From Polyangiales bacterium (GTDB lineage Bacteria > Myxococcota_A > Polyangia > Polyangiales > Ga0077539), in assembly GCA_044229975.1 (NCBI GenBank), contig JBGARZ010000011.1:290784-354783 (forward strand): a DNA stretch of 64,000 nucleotides. Reading direction: 5' to 3'. The notes below the pieces were generated by a model, which ran no database searches, was not told where the DNA came from, and saw only the letters and a list, made by a program, of their open reading frames with translations. Both the position numbers and the translations under genes were made by a program. Below are positions 29,701 to 39,278 of this stretch, in pieces; position 1 is the stretch's first letter, and each line of letters opens with the position of its first letter.

Positions 29701-32660
29701 AGTCCCGTCGCATCGAGGAGGCGCTCGCCGCCCGCGGCGCGGCCCTGCGACAGACGCTCGACGGCAGTGACCTCACGGCGGGCAGGCTCCACGCGCTCGC
29801 GTCCGCCATCGAGGCGCCCGACGTCGAGCTGCCTGCCCCGATCGCGATGGTTCCCGAGCGCTCCCTCGAAGCGCTCGCCGACGCCCTCCTCGCGCTGCGC
29901 CCCTTCGCCGACCTCTACGCCCCCGGCGCCCGCTGGGCCGCGGTGCAACGCCCCTCCTACGCCGACCTCGACGCGCGCGCCGTCGTGGCCCTGCGCGACG
30001 CGCTCTCGCAGGCCCTCGCCGCCGCCCAGGAGCTGGAGTCCCTCGCCGCCCGCAGCCCCGTCACGCCCGTCGACGTGCACGCCGTTCGCGGGGCGCTCGA
30101 CGAGGCCGTCGCGCTGCAACCCGCCGTCGCGGCGGCGGCGCCGTCGGTGCTCTTCCCGGTGACCGAGGGGCTCGCGGTGCAGCCCGGGGCGTACGCCGGG
30201 GCGCAGGAGGCCATCACCGCGTGGCGCTCGCAGTACGCGCTGCTCGCCCGCCTGCCGGGTCGCGTCGAGCTGAGCCTGAGCCCGGAGGGGCAGCAGGCGC
30301 TGGCGGTGGTGCACGCGTGGGCGGGGAAGTTCGGGCGCTTCTTCGTGGGCGCGTGGTGGGGCGCTCGCAAGACGCTGCGCGAGTCGCTGATGCGCGCGTG
30401 GCCCGAGCGCTCCGCGGCGGGCTTCGACCGCACCTTCCTCGACGACCTGCGCGCCCACGTCGACGCGTCCAACGCGTGGCGGCGGCTCGACCACGCGCTC
30501 GCGGGCGTCGGGCTCTCCCACGCGCGACCCTCGACGGCCGCGGCGGGCGCCGAGGTGCTCGGTGCCCTGGAGGCGACGCTTCCCGTAGCGGGACGGCTCG
30601 CGGGCCTGAAGGCGGCGTTGGTGCGGGTGCGCGCGTGGCCCGACCCGCACGCGGGCGCCGCGCAGTGGGGCGCAGTGCTCCGTGACCGGCGCTCGTTGCT
30701 CACGCTCACCGAGCAGGCGCAGCGGGCCACGGCGGCGCTCGGAGGCAGGTTTCCGTGGCTGGGCGCGCAGCCCGCGTCGGGAGACCTCGCGGCGACGTTG
30801 CAGGCGTGGGCGAAGGACGGCGCGCGGCTCGCGGCGGGAGACCGCGCGATGGCGGAGGCCACGGCGATCGCGCCCGACGCGGCGGCGATGCTGGCGGTGA
30901 TGACCCGCGCGATGGGCGAGGCCGAGCCCAACCGCTGGCGCGAGGCCCTCGTGAAGCGATGGGCGCGGGCCCGCATCGCGCGGCTGGAGCGCTCCAACCC
31001 GGGGCTCACGGAGCGAGACCGTCCGACGGCGTGGGGAGAGGTCGACGCGGCGGGCGCGGCGCTCACTGCGCTGTGCGATCGCGCGACGGCGCTGGAGGCG
31101 CAGCGGGTGGCGGCGCGGCTCGACGACATCGCCGTGCTGCGATCGGCGCCCGCGCAGAAGGGCCGACGCAGGACGGCCGATCAGGCGACGCGCGAGGCGA
31201 TGCTCAAGGAGGGGCGCAAGCAGCGCAACGTGATGCCGCTGCGGGCCTTCGCGCGGCGCTTCGCGGGCGTCGGGCTGCTCGACGTGCTGCCGGTGTGGCT
31301 CCTCTCGCCGGAGACCATGACGGTGCTGTTTCCGCAGGAGGCGCTCTTCGACCTGGTGATCTTCGACGAGGCGTCGCAGTGCACGGTGGAGAGCGGGCTG
31401 CCGGTGCTGCTGCGGGCGCGCCGGGTGCTGGTGGTGGGCGACGAGAAGCAGATGCCGCCGTCGTCGTTCTTCACGTCGTCGGCGACGGGGGATACGGACG
31501 ACGAGGCGCCCGCGGCGAAGTCGGCGCGCGAGCTGCTGGAGGCCGAGTCGCTGCTGTCGCTGGCGCGCACGCGGCTGGAGCGCGTGGGCCTGGAGTGGCA
31601 CTACCGCTGCCGCCACGAGGAGCTCATCGCCTTCTCCAACCACGCGATGTACGAGGGGCAGCTCCGAACGATCCCGTCGACGGGCTCGCCCGCCGCGCCG
31701 CCGTCGATGCGCTGGGTCGCGGTGCCCGACGGCGGGTACGACGCCGGGCGCAACCTCCCGGAGGCGCGCGCGGTGGTCGAGGTGATCGCCGAGCTGTTGG
31801 CGCGGTCCGAGGCGCCGTCGGTGGGGGTGGTGACCTTCAACCTGCCGCAGCGGGCGGCGGTGCTCGACGCCGTCGACGCGCGACGCGGGGCCGACCCGGC
31901 CTTCGCGAAGCTGTGGGACGCGGCCATGGCCCGCGAGCGCGTCGACGAGCGCCCCTTCGTGAAGAACCTCGAGAGCGTGCAGGGCGACGAGCGCGACGTG
32001 ATCGTGTTCTCGACGGGTCACGCGCCGGTGGAGCGCAAGGTGGCCAACCGACCGCCGGAGCGGTACGTGCCCGCGCGCTTCGGCCCGCTGGGGCAGCGGG
32101 GCGGCGAGCGGCGGCTCAACGTGGCGATCTCCCGCGCGCGGACGGAGTGCGTGGTGGTGGCGTCGTTCGAGCCGTCGATGCTGTCGGTGGCGCGGGCGGC
32201 GTACGAGGGGCCGCGGCTGTTCAAGGCCTTCCTGGAGTTCGCGTGGCACACGTCCAACGGGCGGCGACCGCAGGCGCGGGAGATCCTGTCGCGGATGCGC
32301 GGGCCCGCGCAGGAGCAGCGCGCGGGGACGGCGCAGCCCACGGTGCGGGCGTGGCTCCCGTTGAAGGTGCAGGTGGCCGCGACGCTGCAAGGCATGGGGC
32401 TCGCGGTGGAGCTCGACGTCGGCACCTCGTCGGCGCGCGTGCCGGTGGCGGTGATCGACCCGCAGGACCCTGGACGCTACCGGCTGGCCATCCTGTGCGA
32501 CGAGGGCGACGGGGCGGAGGACGTCTTCGATCGCTGGGTGCACCGACCGCGGGTGCTGGGCCTGCGCGGCTGGCGGGTGATCACCGTCGACGCGCGGCGG
32601 TGGGACCTGAAGCGCCGCGAGGTGCTGGCGGAGATCGCCACGGCGCTGCGCGCACCGTAG
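26793..32660 (+). CDS. M48 metallopeptidase-TerB-DUF4011-like-SF1 (UPF1/DNA2-like) helicase-degenerate Vsr/MTES_1575-like fusion
   Basis: HEFGH, RELTADR, STHP; two ADG...E TerB motifs; GPPGTGKS, DEASQ, GDEKQ, HYR, VQGDERD, RLNVAISRAR. Confidence 0.9.
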   Translation: MTTPVAPKTAPRGVADAMKRIAASRDVAARADDLPALPAFDIEAIRVPVERRLAEQLEKIPAFARLRDKIDPPPPEAVRRRLMAEALRLSESMAPDTYAYAHAARRTLNIDRPLEIYQSGGQENAAIHLIEEPIVLEIMGRLMTLLDRGAAIAVFGHEFGHYLAHGPWTPIGRTGTAANVLMRMDDLDDTLVSVASALFMARELTADRVGMLACQDLAAHLRLEMICTTSLPGDALTWDTDAYLLQCRELIDALLEGSDQAAGSTHPEHSVRAWAAWLFSETAEYRALTGKGPGTRALADVDALIDRVLAAPSLDFDWNMFEAPPVEMHECALACSVLVASADGDLADVEADVIEKVFAPLVPDWRWYLDVDNARERLAEVSPVMQSVGGDAQRSLFLLLMHVVAADGKVFEGEVDMVLALGDYLGLGPLFHRLMGASLRALGLSLRVDEEPAVSIPLPPRSGEALEALRAFLTGVVRRRGAQTTLRRLVRLVGATDPTPEVLRALTAEIARAGVTLDPPFDQGDLETERSLTVPHATVAAAPVRAARRDASLLPEERANLLRAVTVLRDQLVSGNGNSPAVRLRRPRAGRTMDLHDLESLSTGLAERTLAQLREGRRAKLVDATEAGAHAGGQRVAAALLLLDRDARQRVEETGARDLAVGHPFLAGMVQGYLVRGPLVLHPVSLERDARGARGFGLVPSKDEPPQVNMALLRLLFAKKGYAFTDALAEFLDAAAADPARSVEAILETLAQVGLTPTRAPSALSPLRDRAEEILQWSGDRLELEECAVLGFFPQSDSDLLQDYDALLTALGDPTVDPGALLGCATTLLPAEMRAALQGVERASSLPSPDSTLGTVLYADPSQRAVLRRAATERALVIDGPPGTGKSQVIVNLVADALARGERVAVVCEKRAALDVVAQRAQSVGLRHSMALVHDVFDDRKGLYAQLTARLEETTARTLDTADAARVTQESRRIEEALAARGAALRQTLDGSDLTAGRLHALASAIEAPDVELPAPIAMVPERSLEALADALLALRPFADLYAPGARWAAVQRPSYADLDARAVVALRDALSQALAAAQELESLAARSPVTPVDVHAVRGALDEAVALQPAVAAAAPSVLFPVTEGLAVQPGAYAGAQEAITAWRSQYALLARLPGRVELSLSPEGQQALAVVHAWAGKFGRFFVGAWWGARKTLRESLMRAWPERSAAGFDRTFLDDLRAHVDASNAWRRLDHALAGVGLSHARPSTAAAGAEVLGALEATLPVAGRLAGLKAALVRVRAWPDPHAGAAQWGAVLRDRRSLLTLTEQAQRATAALGGRFPWLGAQPASGDLAATLQAWAKDGARLAAGDRAMAEATAIAPDAAAMLAVMTRAMGEAEPNRWREALVKRWARARIARLERSNPGLTERDRPTAWGEVDAAGAALTALCDRATALEAQRVAARLDDIAVLRSAPAQKGRRRTADQATREAMLKEGRKQRNVMPLRAFARRFAGVGLLDVLPVWLLSPETMTVLFPQEALFDLVIFDEASQCTVESGLPVLLRARRVLVVGDEKQMPPSSFFTSSATGDTDDEAPAAKSARELLEAESLLSLARTRLERVGLEWHYRCRHEELIAFSNHAMYEGQLRTIPSTGSPAAPPSMRWVAVPDGGYDAGRNLPEARAVVEVIAELLARSEAPSVGVVTFNLPQRAAVLDAVDARRGADPAFAKLWDAAMARERVDERPFVKNLESVQGDERDVIVFSTGHAPVERKVANRPPERYVPARFGPLGQRGGERRLNVAISRARTECVVVASFEPSMLSVARAAYEGPRLFKAFLEFAWHTSNGRRPQAREILSRMRGPAQEQRAGTAQPTVRAWLPLKVQVAATLQGMGLAVELDVGTSSARVPVAVIDPQDPGRYRLAILCDEGDGAEDVFDRWVHRPRVLGLRGWRVITVDARRWDLKRREVLAEIATALRAP

Positions 32661-32724
32661 GTCGTCGTCGTCGCGACGGGCCGTGATAGCGTCCGCGCGC
32701 CTGAAGGAGGCGAACGGAGCGACG

Positions 32725-33321
32725 ATGGTGACGACGAGAGCGTGGCTGGGTCTGGTGTTGGCGTTGGGCGGCGGGGTCTTCGGGTGCGCGTCGCGCCCGC
32801 GCGCATACGGGTACGTCGCGGCCGACGTGCAGGCGTGGGAGCACGCGAGCACGGTGCTGGACTTCAACGGCGACGCCAACTTTGGCGGGGGTGAGCTGAC
32901 GAGCGGGTTCACGCCCGACCCGTGGGCGTTCCAGATGACGGCGGGCGGCGGTCGCAACCCCATCAACATCGCGACGCTCGGGATGCGCGACAGCCAGACG
33001 GGCGTGATGTGCGGGCGGTCGTTCGTGACGCGGCGGCCCGACTTCCACTTCAACTTCAACGCGGGCGTGACCTTCTCGCTGCTGCGCTTCTGGGTGCTGG
33101 TCAACAACGGCACCGACGCGACGCTGGTGGTCCGCGAGCCCGACGGCCACTGGCGCTGCAACGACGACCACGGCCGCGGGTGGCAGTCCCCGACCATGCC
33201 CGCGCTCGACTTCCACTCGCCGCAGGCGGGGCGCTACGACATCTGGGTGGGGTCCTTCGACGCGTCGGCCAACAACCCCGCCTCGCTGTACGTCACCGAG
33301 CTCGAAGCGCACCACCCGTAG
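32725..33321 (+). CDS. Lipoprotein with PPC-like beta-sandwich domain
   Basis: Lipobox VFGC, SGFTPDP, DATLVV..PDG.W.CNDD, GRYDIWVGS. Confidence 0.75.
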   Translation: MVTTRAWLGLVLALGGGVFGCASRPRAYGYVAADVQAWEHASTVLDFNGDANFGGGELTSGFTPDPWAFQMTAGGGRNPINIATLGMRDSQTGVMCGRSFVTRRPDFHFNFNAGVTFSLLRFWVLVNNGTDATLVVREPDGHWRCNDDHGRGWQSPTMPALDFHSPQAGRYDIWVGSFDASANNPASLYVTELEAHHP

Positions 33322-33676
33322 GAGCTTCGACGTCCCAGCGCGCGAGCTCTTCGCGGATGCGCCGGTCGAGCATCGCGACCAGCTCCGGGTCTTCGGCCTC
33401 CCACTCGTCGGGAACATCGAGCACCACGATCTCCTTCTCCCGCGCGATCTCGCCGTAGCGCTCCAGCAGCATCTCGCGGTGGCGCTTCTCCATCACGAAG
33501 ACCACGTCCCCGACATCGACGCTGGCGTAGAACCCACGATCCAGGAACGGCGCAGGGTCGGTGCTCACCACCGCGTCGCCGTTGTCGAGGGCGGCGACGT
33601 CCATGTCGGCATCCGTCGGGGCCGGGTCGGAGGAGCAGGCGGCGAGCAGCAGGACGAGGAGCGGCAAGCGGCGCAT
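33293..33676 (-). pseudogene. Chimera: lipoprotein N-terminus fused to the C-terminal half of an LMW phosphotyrosine-phosphatase-like protein
   Basis: LLLAAC lipobox; DVVFVMEKRH...VVLDVPDEW...DPELV; no N-terminal CX5R loop. Confidence 0.55.
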
Positions 33677-33803
33677 CCACCCACCCTGTCGCCCACCAAA
33701 ACAGCACGAACCTCCGTCTCGCTGCGGCGCCTCGGACGCACTGACGTCGGTGAGGTCGATGGTGTTTTCAGACCATCGCCTCCATGGCCAGCTCGCTCTC
33801 GAC

Positions 33804-34715
33804 TCAGACCGTTCGCACGTACCCGGTGTTGTGCGGTCCGACGGCGATGCCGCGCCCGTCGGGCTCGACGTGCAGCGCGTAGACCCAGCAGTGCCCGGTG
33901 CCCGTCAACGTGTGCTCGACGTGCCACGTCGCCCCCTCGTCGTCGCTGCGCACGATGCGTTCGAGCGACCCGACGAACCACTGCCCCGACGCCGTCGCGC
34001 ACACGTCGGTGACGTTGCGAACCACCTCGGGCAGCGCCACGTCGCGCCACGTCCGCCCGCCGTCATCGGAGCGCAGCAGCGTGCTGTCGCCCGCCGCGAG
34101 GAAGCACCCCGGCCGCCACGTCGCGAGCGCCTTCAGCGACGAGCGCGGTGACCCCTTCGGCGCCTCCACCGCGGCCCGAACGACCTCCCAACGAGCCCCG
34201 TCGTCGCTGCGCAGGATGACCCCGCCGGAGCCCACCGCGACGATGTTTCCGGCGCCGTCACCGAGCACGTCGGCGAGCGACGCCTCGGTCAGGGGGGGAG
34301 CAACCGACCACGTGCGACCGGCGTCGTGAGTGACGGCGAGGGTTCCGTTTGCGCCGCAGAGGTAGACGTCCTTGGGCGACGCGCACCACAGGCCCAGGAG
34401 CGTGACGTCGAGCCCGGTGCGGAGGCGCTTCCACTTGCCCTTGTGCAGCGTGACGAGCATGCCCTGCATGCCGACGACCCACGGCGCGCCACCGGCAACA
34501 CCACGGATGCGCGTGTGGTTGCGCCGCGAGACAAACTCCTCCAGCGCCCAGGTGTGACCGCCATCGGTGGAGCGCGCGATGGGCGCGGGGTGACCGAGCG
34601 AGGGGATGCCGGTGAGCCAGAGGGTTCCGGCGCCGTCGCCCCACGCGCTCGCGTACCAGTTCGGACCCGGGAGGGGATGGAAGAAGGTCCACGAAGGCGT
34701 CGCGGTGTTGCCCAT
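33804..34715 (-). CDS. BNR/Asp-box (YCF48-like) beta-propeller protein
   Basis: Repeated RSxDGGxTW motifs. Confidence 0.85.
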   Translation of the reverse strand: MGNTATPSWTFFHPLPGPNWYASAWGDGAGTLWLTGIPSLGHPAPIARSTDGGHTWALEEFVSRRNHTRIRGVAGGAPWVVGMQGMLVTLHKGKWKRLRTGLDVTLLGLWCASPKDVYLCGANGTLAVTHDAGRTWSVAPPLTEASLADVLGDGAGNIVAVGSGGVILRSDDGARWEVVRAAVEAPKGSPRSSLKALATWRPGCFLAAGDSTLLRSDDGGRTWRDVALPEVVRNVTDVCATASGQWFVGSLERIVRSDDEGATWHVEHTLTGTGHCWVYALHVEPDGRGIAVGPHNTGYVRTV

Positions 34716-34744
34716 TGGAGGGAGGAGCGTATCCGATCGCTGGA

Positions 34745-35540
34745 TGACGCGACCCGGTAGTGGCTACCGACAGCCCACCTACGAGAGGAGCCACCCCACG
34801 CCAAGGAGCACGGCGAACGCGCCGCCGTCGATCGGGTGGCCTCGCGCGCCCGCGCCGCCCAGTGGGCGCTCGGCCTTACGCTGCTCAACGGCTTCCTCGA
34901 CTTCTGCGCGCGGGCCTGGTCCGTCGTGCAGATGCAGCCCGGTCCGGCGGGAGTCGATGCGACGCAGTCCACGTTCCAGCTCGCCGAGCTGGTCGTGTAC
35001 ATCAGCACGATGGGCGCCTTCGTCCTCATCGTCGCGACGCCGATCGTCTTCCTCCAATGGGTGCACGGGCTCATCGCCTCGACCCGCGCGCTCGACGGCC
35101 GGTACTTCCGCTGGACGCCCTCCGGCGCGGTGTGGGCGTTCATCATCCCGTTCGTGAGCCTGGTGCGCCCGTATCACGTCATGCGCGACGCCTACGCTGC
35201 GCAGGAGCCCGACGCCGTCCCGCCGCCCGCGCCGCGAGTGACCGCGGGCGAGCGCGACGGCTACCGCGGCGTCACCGTCGTCGACGCGCCAACGCCGCAC
35301 ATCCCGACGGCGTTCATCGGGCTGTGGTGGGGCGCGTTCGTGCTGTCGCGGCTCACCCGAGCCAGCGGGTCGACCCCCGCGGGCGCCTCCGTCGAACGCA
35401 TCGTCACGGCGTACGAGTGGAAGATGGTCTCGGACGTCGCCTCGATGGTCGCCGCCGCGCTCGCGATCGTGTTGGTCCGCAGCGTCACCGCGCGGCTGCT
35501 CGAACGTCGCCGTCGCATCGTCGCCGCGCAGTCGACCTGA
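34745..35540 (+). CDS. DUF4328-like membrane protein; 5' end apparently frameshifted near 34783 (in-frame part from 34836)
   Basis: VFLQWVHG, AVWAFIIPFVSLVRPY, GLWW motifs. Confidence 0.75.
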
Positions 35541-35602
35541 GCCCGTCGGCTGATCGCCCGCACGCATGACGAGGGCGGATCGTCACAGCGCGCCGGGCGC
35601 CG

Positions 35603-36940
35603 TCACATGCAGCCGGAAGCGCGGGAGAGACGAGCGACGGCTTCGAAGTGTTCGCGCGCGGCGTCGTACGCGGCGAGGGCGGCGGCGGTGTCGGCGCCGA
35701 GGTCGCGGCCCCCGCTGCGGACGATGGTCGAGATGCGCTGAATCGCCAGCACGAGCGCGCACGCCGCGTCGGCCGAAGGGACAAACGGCCGGCCCATCGG
35801 TGCGACCCAGGTCGCGGGAGAGATCGTGTGGGGCGTCGTGACGACGACCCAGCCGCCCGCGGGAAACCGCAGCGACACCTCGCCCGACCAGACCCCCGCG
35901 GGGAGGACGACGGTACGGAGCACTGCCCCGTTGAACCAGATTCGCGCGGAGGTGTCGGCGCCGGTACGCCAGCGCAGGCGCAGGCGCGCGGAGCCGTCGG
36001 CGGGCAACGCCACCGGATCGGCCCCGAGGCTGCCGAGGTCGTACTCCACGCGGTCGTCGCTGCGATCGACCAGCCCGGTCTGTCGCGCCCGGATCGCGCC
36101 GAGGAACTGCGCGTGATCGAGCGCCACCGGGTTGGCGACGCGAGCCAGCGTGCGCACCGAGCCGAGGTCCCGCACCCAGCAGGGGTAGTCCACTCCGGCG
36201 GTGAGCGCGACGTGGACGCCCGCGTTCATCATCAGCGTCCAGGCGTCGGGCTGTAGCGTCTCCAGCGCGGTGTTGGGCATGCTCTCCACGGAGACGAACG
36301 ACAGCAGGCCCCGCGCCGCGTGCACGGGCATCTCGAAGGGCTCGCCCTCGTTGCGGTAGCGGCTCGCGATCACATCGAAGGCGGTGATGTGCGCGAGGCC
36401 GAACATCATCGCAGGGGACGCCGCGTGCAGGTCGTCGGCGAGGAGCACCGTCGATCGCCGCGTCGCGAAGGAGTTACCCGCCGAGTTGTCGAGCACGGGG
36501 GCGAGCCCGATCATGTGACCGGTCGCGCCCGGCGGGATGCCCGAGGTCTCAAAGCCTTCGTAGAGCGGACCGCCCGGGGGAGGATCCGTCGCGGGCGCGG
36601 TGAAGGCGCCGCGACGGTCGAAGATCTCGTGCCCCCATCGCAGCACCTCGACGAGCTGTACATGGCCGTCCCGCATCCGGCCCCGGACGACGTCGAGCGT
36701 CGGGTCGGTCGGGACGTCGCAGTTGTCCGCGTGCACATGTACATCCGCGGTGATCCAACGGTCGACCCAATCAGCGCTGACCGCAGTGACGGACTCCACC
36801 GCGGTCGCGTCTTGCGCTCCGACGGCGGCGTCATCCGTCGCCGGAGCCGTCGTGCAGCCCGATCCCAGGAGCATCGTCGTGACGAGGCCCAGCCGAAGGA
36901 CCCTTCCGTGGGACGACCACGACTTCACCACGCCAGACAC
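35603..36940 (-). CDS. Lipoprotein with PHP-like (CehA/McbA-type) metallohydrolase domain
   Basis: Lipobox LGSGC; WITADVHVH, GFE, GHM, LAH, AGVD motifs. Confidence 0.65.
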   Translation of the reverse strand: MSGVVKSWSSHGRVLRLGLVTTMLLGSGCTTAPATDDAAVGAQDATAVESVTAVSADWVDRWITADVHVHADNCDVPTDPTLDVVRGRMRDGHVQLVEVLRWGHEIFDRRGAFTAPATDPPPGGPLYEGFETSGIPPGATGHMIGLAPVLDNSAGNSFATRRSTVLLADDLHAASPAMMFGLAHITAFDVIASRYRNEGEPFEMPVHAARGLLSFVSVESMPNTALETLQPDAWTLMMNAGVHVALTAGVDYPCWVRDLGSVRTLARVANPVALDHAQFLGAIRARQTGLVDRSDDRVEYDLGSLGADPVALPADGSARLRLRWRTGADTSARIWFNGAVLRTVVLPAGVWSGEVSLRFPAGGWVVVTTPHTISPATWVAPMGRPFVPSADAACALVLAIQRISTIVRSGGRDLGADTAAALAAYDAAREHFEAVARLSRASGCM

Positions 36941-37012
36941 CGCTTCAGCATCGCCACGAGTCGCGCCCGATGTCGAGCGGAAGCACCGCCAGCGCCCCGA
37001 AGGAGGCGACCG

Positions 37013-37993
37013 TCAGCGGTCGGCTTCGCGCTCGGCCAGGGCGCAAGCGCGCGCTTCGAGGGCCGCACGAACGACGGCCTTGGTGTGACGAGCGATCTGC
37101 CGCGCGTAGGCGGGCTCCTCGCGGGCGACGTCCTGCACGACGCGGCGGACGAGGCGGTCGATGCGCTCGTCGCGCGGGCACTGCCAGCGGCCGCCCTCTG
37201 CGAGGTGCTGCCGCGCGTGGGCGAGCCGCTCGCCGTTGACGACGCGCGCCGCGAAGCCCTCCGCGGTGTCGTCGCTGCCCGGCGTCTCGTCGAGCGCCTC
37301 GCGGCGGTTGGGGTGCTTGTGCTTGGCGACGAGCAGACGACCGGCGCCGTCTCGGAGTGCCGGGTCGCTCCAGATCACGACGCCCTCGTGGGTCGCGTCC
37401 GCGTGACGGGACGAGGCCCCGCGCGACCCGGCGTGCGCCGAAGGGCGATCGAGCAGCGCGTCGAAGCGTTCGGGGTCGGGCGCGCCGCGGTAGAGGCAGG
37501 GCGCGAGGATGAGGCCGGTCTGCGCCGCGAGGTCGCACAGCGAGGGGAGGCGACGCACCGACCCGGCGTCGTCGACGTGGTCGAGCGCGTGCGACCACCC
37601 GAGCCACGCGTCGCCGACCGTGGCCGCGAAGAGCACGAAGTGCGCGGACGGTCCGTAGAGGAAGCCCGTCGCCTGGATGCCGCGACCGCAGGTCTCGCCG
37701 TACAGCGTGAGGTGGTCGGGGAGCGCGCGCGCGACGTCGCGCAGTGACTCGAAGCGCACGTTGGCGACGAAGCCGGCGCGCAGCTCGGGCTGGCAGAAGC
37801 CCTCGTCGCCTTCGAGCAACGACCGCCCGCCGACGACGAGCTGTTCGACGCGGTGGAGGTCGCGCGGGACACCGACGCGGGTGTTGGAGCCGTCGATCTT
37901 TTCGAGGCAGACGACCTCGCGGGCATGGTGAACGGCATCGGCCTCGCCTCGATACGCGGCGATGCAGGGAAACACAGCAGGAACGAACGTCAT
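37013..37993 (-). CDS. RNA ligase, Rnl2-like
   Basis: Motif I EKIDGSN, III LYGE, IV EGVVI, V AKHK, helical C-domain. Confidence 0.82.
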   Translation of the reverse strand: MTFVPAVFPCIAAYRGEADAVHHAREVVCLEKIDGSNTRVGVPRDLHRVEQLVVGGRSLLEGDEGFCQPELRAGFVANVRFESLRDVARALPDHLTLYGETCGRGIQATGFLYGPSAHFVLFAATVGDAWLGWSHALDHVDDAGSVRRLPSLCDLAAQTGLILAPCLYRGAPDPERFDALLDRPSAHAGSRGASSRHADATHEGVVIWSDPALRDGAGRLLVAKHKHPNRREALDETPGSDDTAEGFAARVVNGERLAHARQHLAEGGRWQCPRDERIDRLVRRVVQDVAREEPAYARQIARHTKAVVRAALEARACALAEREADR

Positions 37994-38291
37994 GGGAGCA
38001 CCTTCGGGTGGTTCCCGAGCGGAGGGTTGCGTGGGCGTGCGCGCACGACCGCCGGGCGCACGACGAGGCGCTGCGTGGTCGGCGACGGTCGCGTCTGCGC
38101 GAGGAAGCGCCGTCCCCGCTCGGACGAACGACGACTCCCTCTTTGCGCTGGCGCGCCCCGCGGCGCCGACCCGATCAGCTCATGGCGGCGCGGACGTTAT
38201 CGCGCGGCCGCGTCGCGGGCAACGAGCGCGCGTGGCGCTTCGGCGGCGTCGGCGTGGACGGTCGCGAGCGGCCGAGGGTAGCGTCGCGCGC

Positions 38292-39071
38292 ATGGAGCCA
38301 GCGTGGTACGCGGTGGGGTCGGACGTCTACCGCGGGGGGACGGTGCGAGGGCACTACCCGCCCTTCGACTCGGCGTGGGGCGCGGTGAGGAGGGCGCACT
38401 CCCTGTTCTGGCAGTGCCTGTCGACGCTCCTGAAGGTGACGCTGCCGGTGATGGTGCCGGGCGCGGCGCTGTCGTCCATCGTCACCGCGTACGGCATCGA
38501 CGGGACGCTGCCCGACCTCGCGTCGCGGATCCTGGGGTTGCTCTTCTATGCGTGGATGGCGGGCGTCTCGACGCACGTCGCGTGGCAGCGGGTCGAGGGG
38601 CGCACGGCGAGCACCCGTGGGGCGGCGGCGGTGGGCGCGAAGCTCCTGTGGGCGATGCTGCGGGTGCACCTGCTCTACTATCTCTGCGTGGCGATCGGCG
38701 CGTACCTGATCGTGCCCGGCCTCTACCTTGCCGGGCGGTATGCGCTCGCCGAGCCAGTCGCGTACTTCGAGCGAACCCGCCGGGCGCGCGACGCGATGGC
38801 CCGCAGCGCGCAGCTCACCCGCGGGGTCGCGTGGCGAGCGTCGGGGGCGCTGCTCCTCGGGGTGGCGACCGCCCTGCCGTGCGTGGTACCGGCGGCGCTC
38901 CTGCACACGCTCTCCGACCGCCCCGCGTGGAGCGCTCTCGCGATGACGGCGACGGGCGTCTCCACCGGGCTGGTGATGACGTTCGTGAGCGTCCTCCAGG
39001 TGGTGATCTACCTCGGCGTGACGGGCGCACGGCCCGAGCCCGACGCGGGACGCACGGCCGACCCAGGCTGA
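38292..39071 (+). CDS. Multi-pass membrane protein
   Basis: LIVPGLYLAGRYALA...AMARS..LTRG pattern, several TM segments. Confidence 0.75.
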   Translation: MEPAWYAVGSDVYRGGTVRGHYPPFDSAWGAVRRAHSLFWQCLSTLLKVTLPVMVPGAALSSIVTAYGIDGTLPDLASRILGLLFYAWMAGVSTHVAWQRVEGRTASTRGAAAVGAKLLWAMLRVHLLYYLCVAIGAYLIVPGLYLAGRYALAEPVAYFERTRRARDAMARSAQLTRGVAWRASGALLLGVATALPCVVPAALLHTLSDRPAWSALAMTATGVSTGLVMTFVSVLQVVIYLGVTGARPEPDAGRTADPG

Positions 39072-39278
39072 CGCGCGGCGGAGCAGAGAGCCCGCGGATC
39101 GAACTCGAGCTGGTACGCGCGTCACGACCGGGCCTCGACACCTGCGCCGAAGACTTCGGTCGACGTGATTGATACCGATGCGCCTGCCAGGCGTTCTTGA
39201 AGGCGTTGCGGGACGACCGCCAGAGCGGGCCGCGAGAGTCGCACGAGCCGACGCCGCCAGGGAGGGAGCCCGTGGCGT

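Noticed and set aside
26667..33197. 2176-aa antisense ORF and similar giants (10170-13412, 16184-19429 beyond about 16830, 19426-23016)
   Set aside because: Arg/Ala/Pro-rich shadow frames expected at this GC content, opposite well-supported genes.
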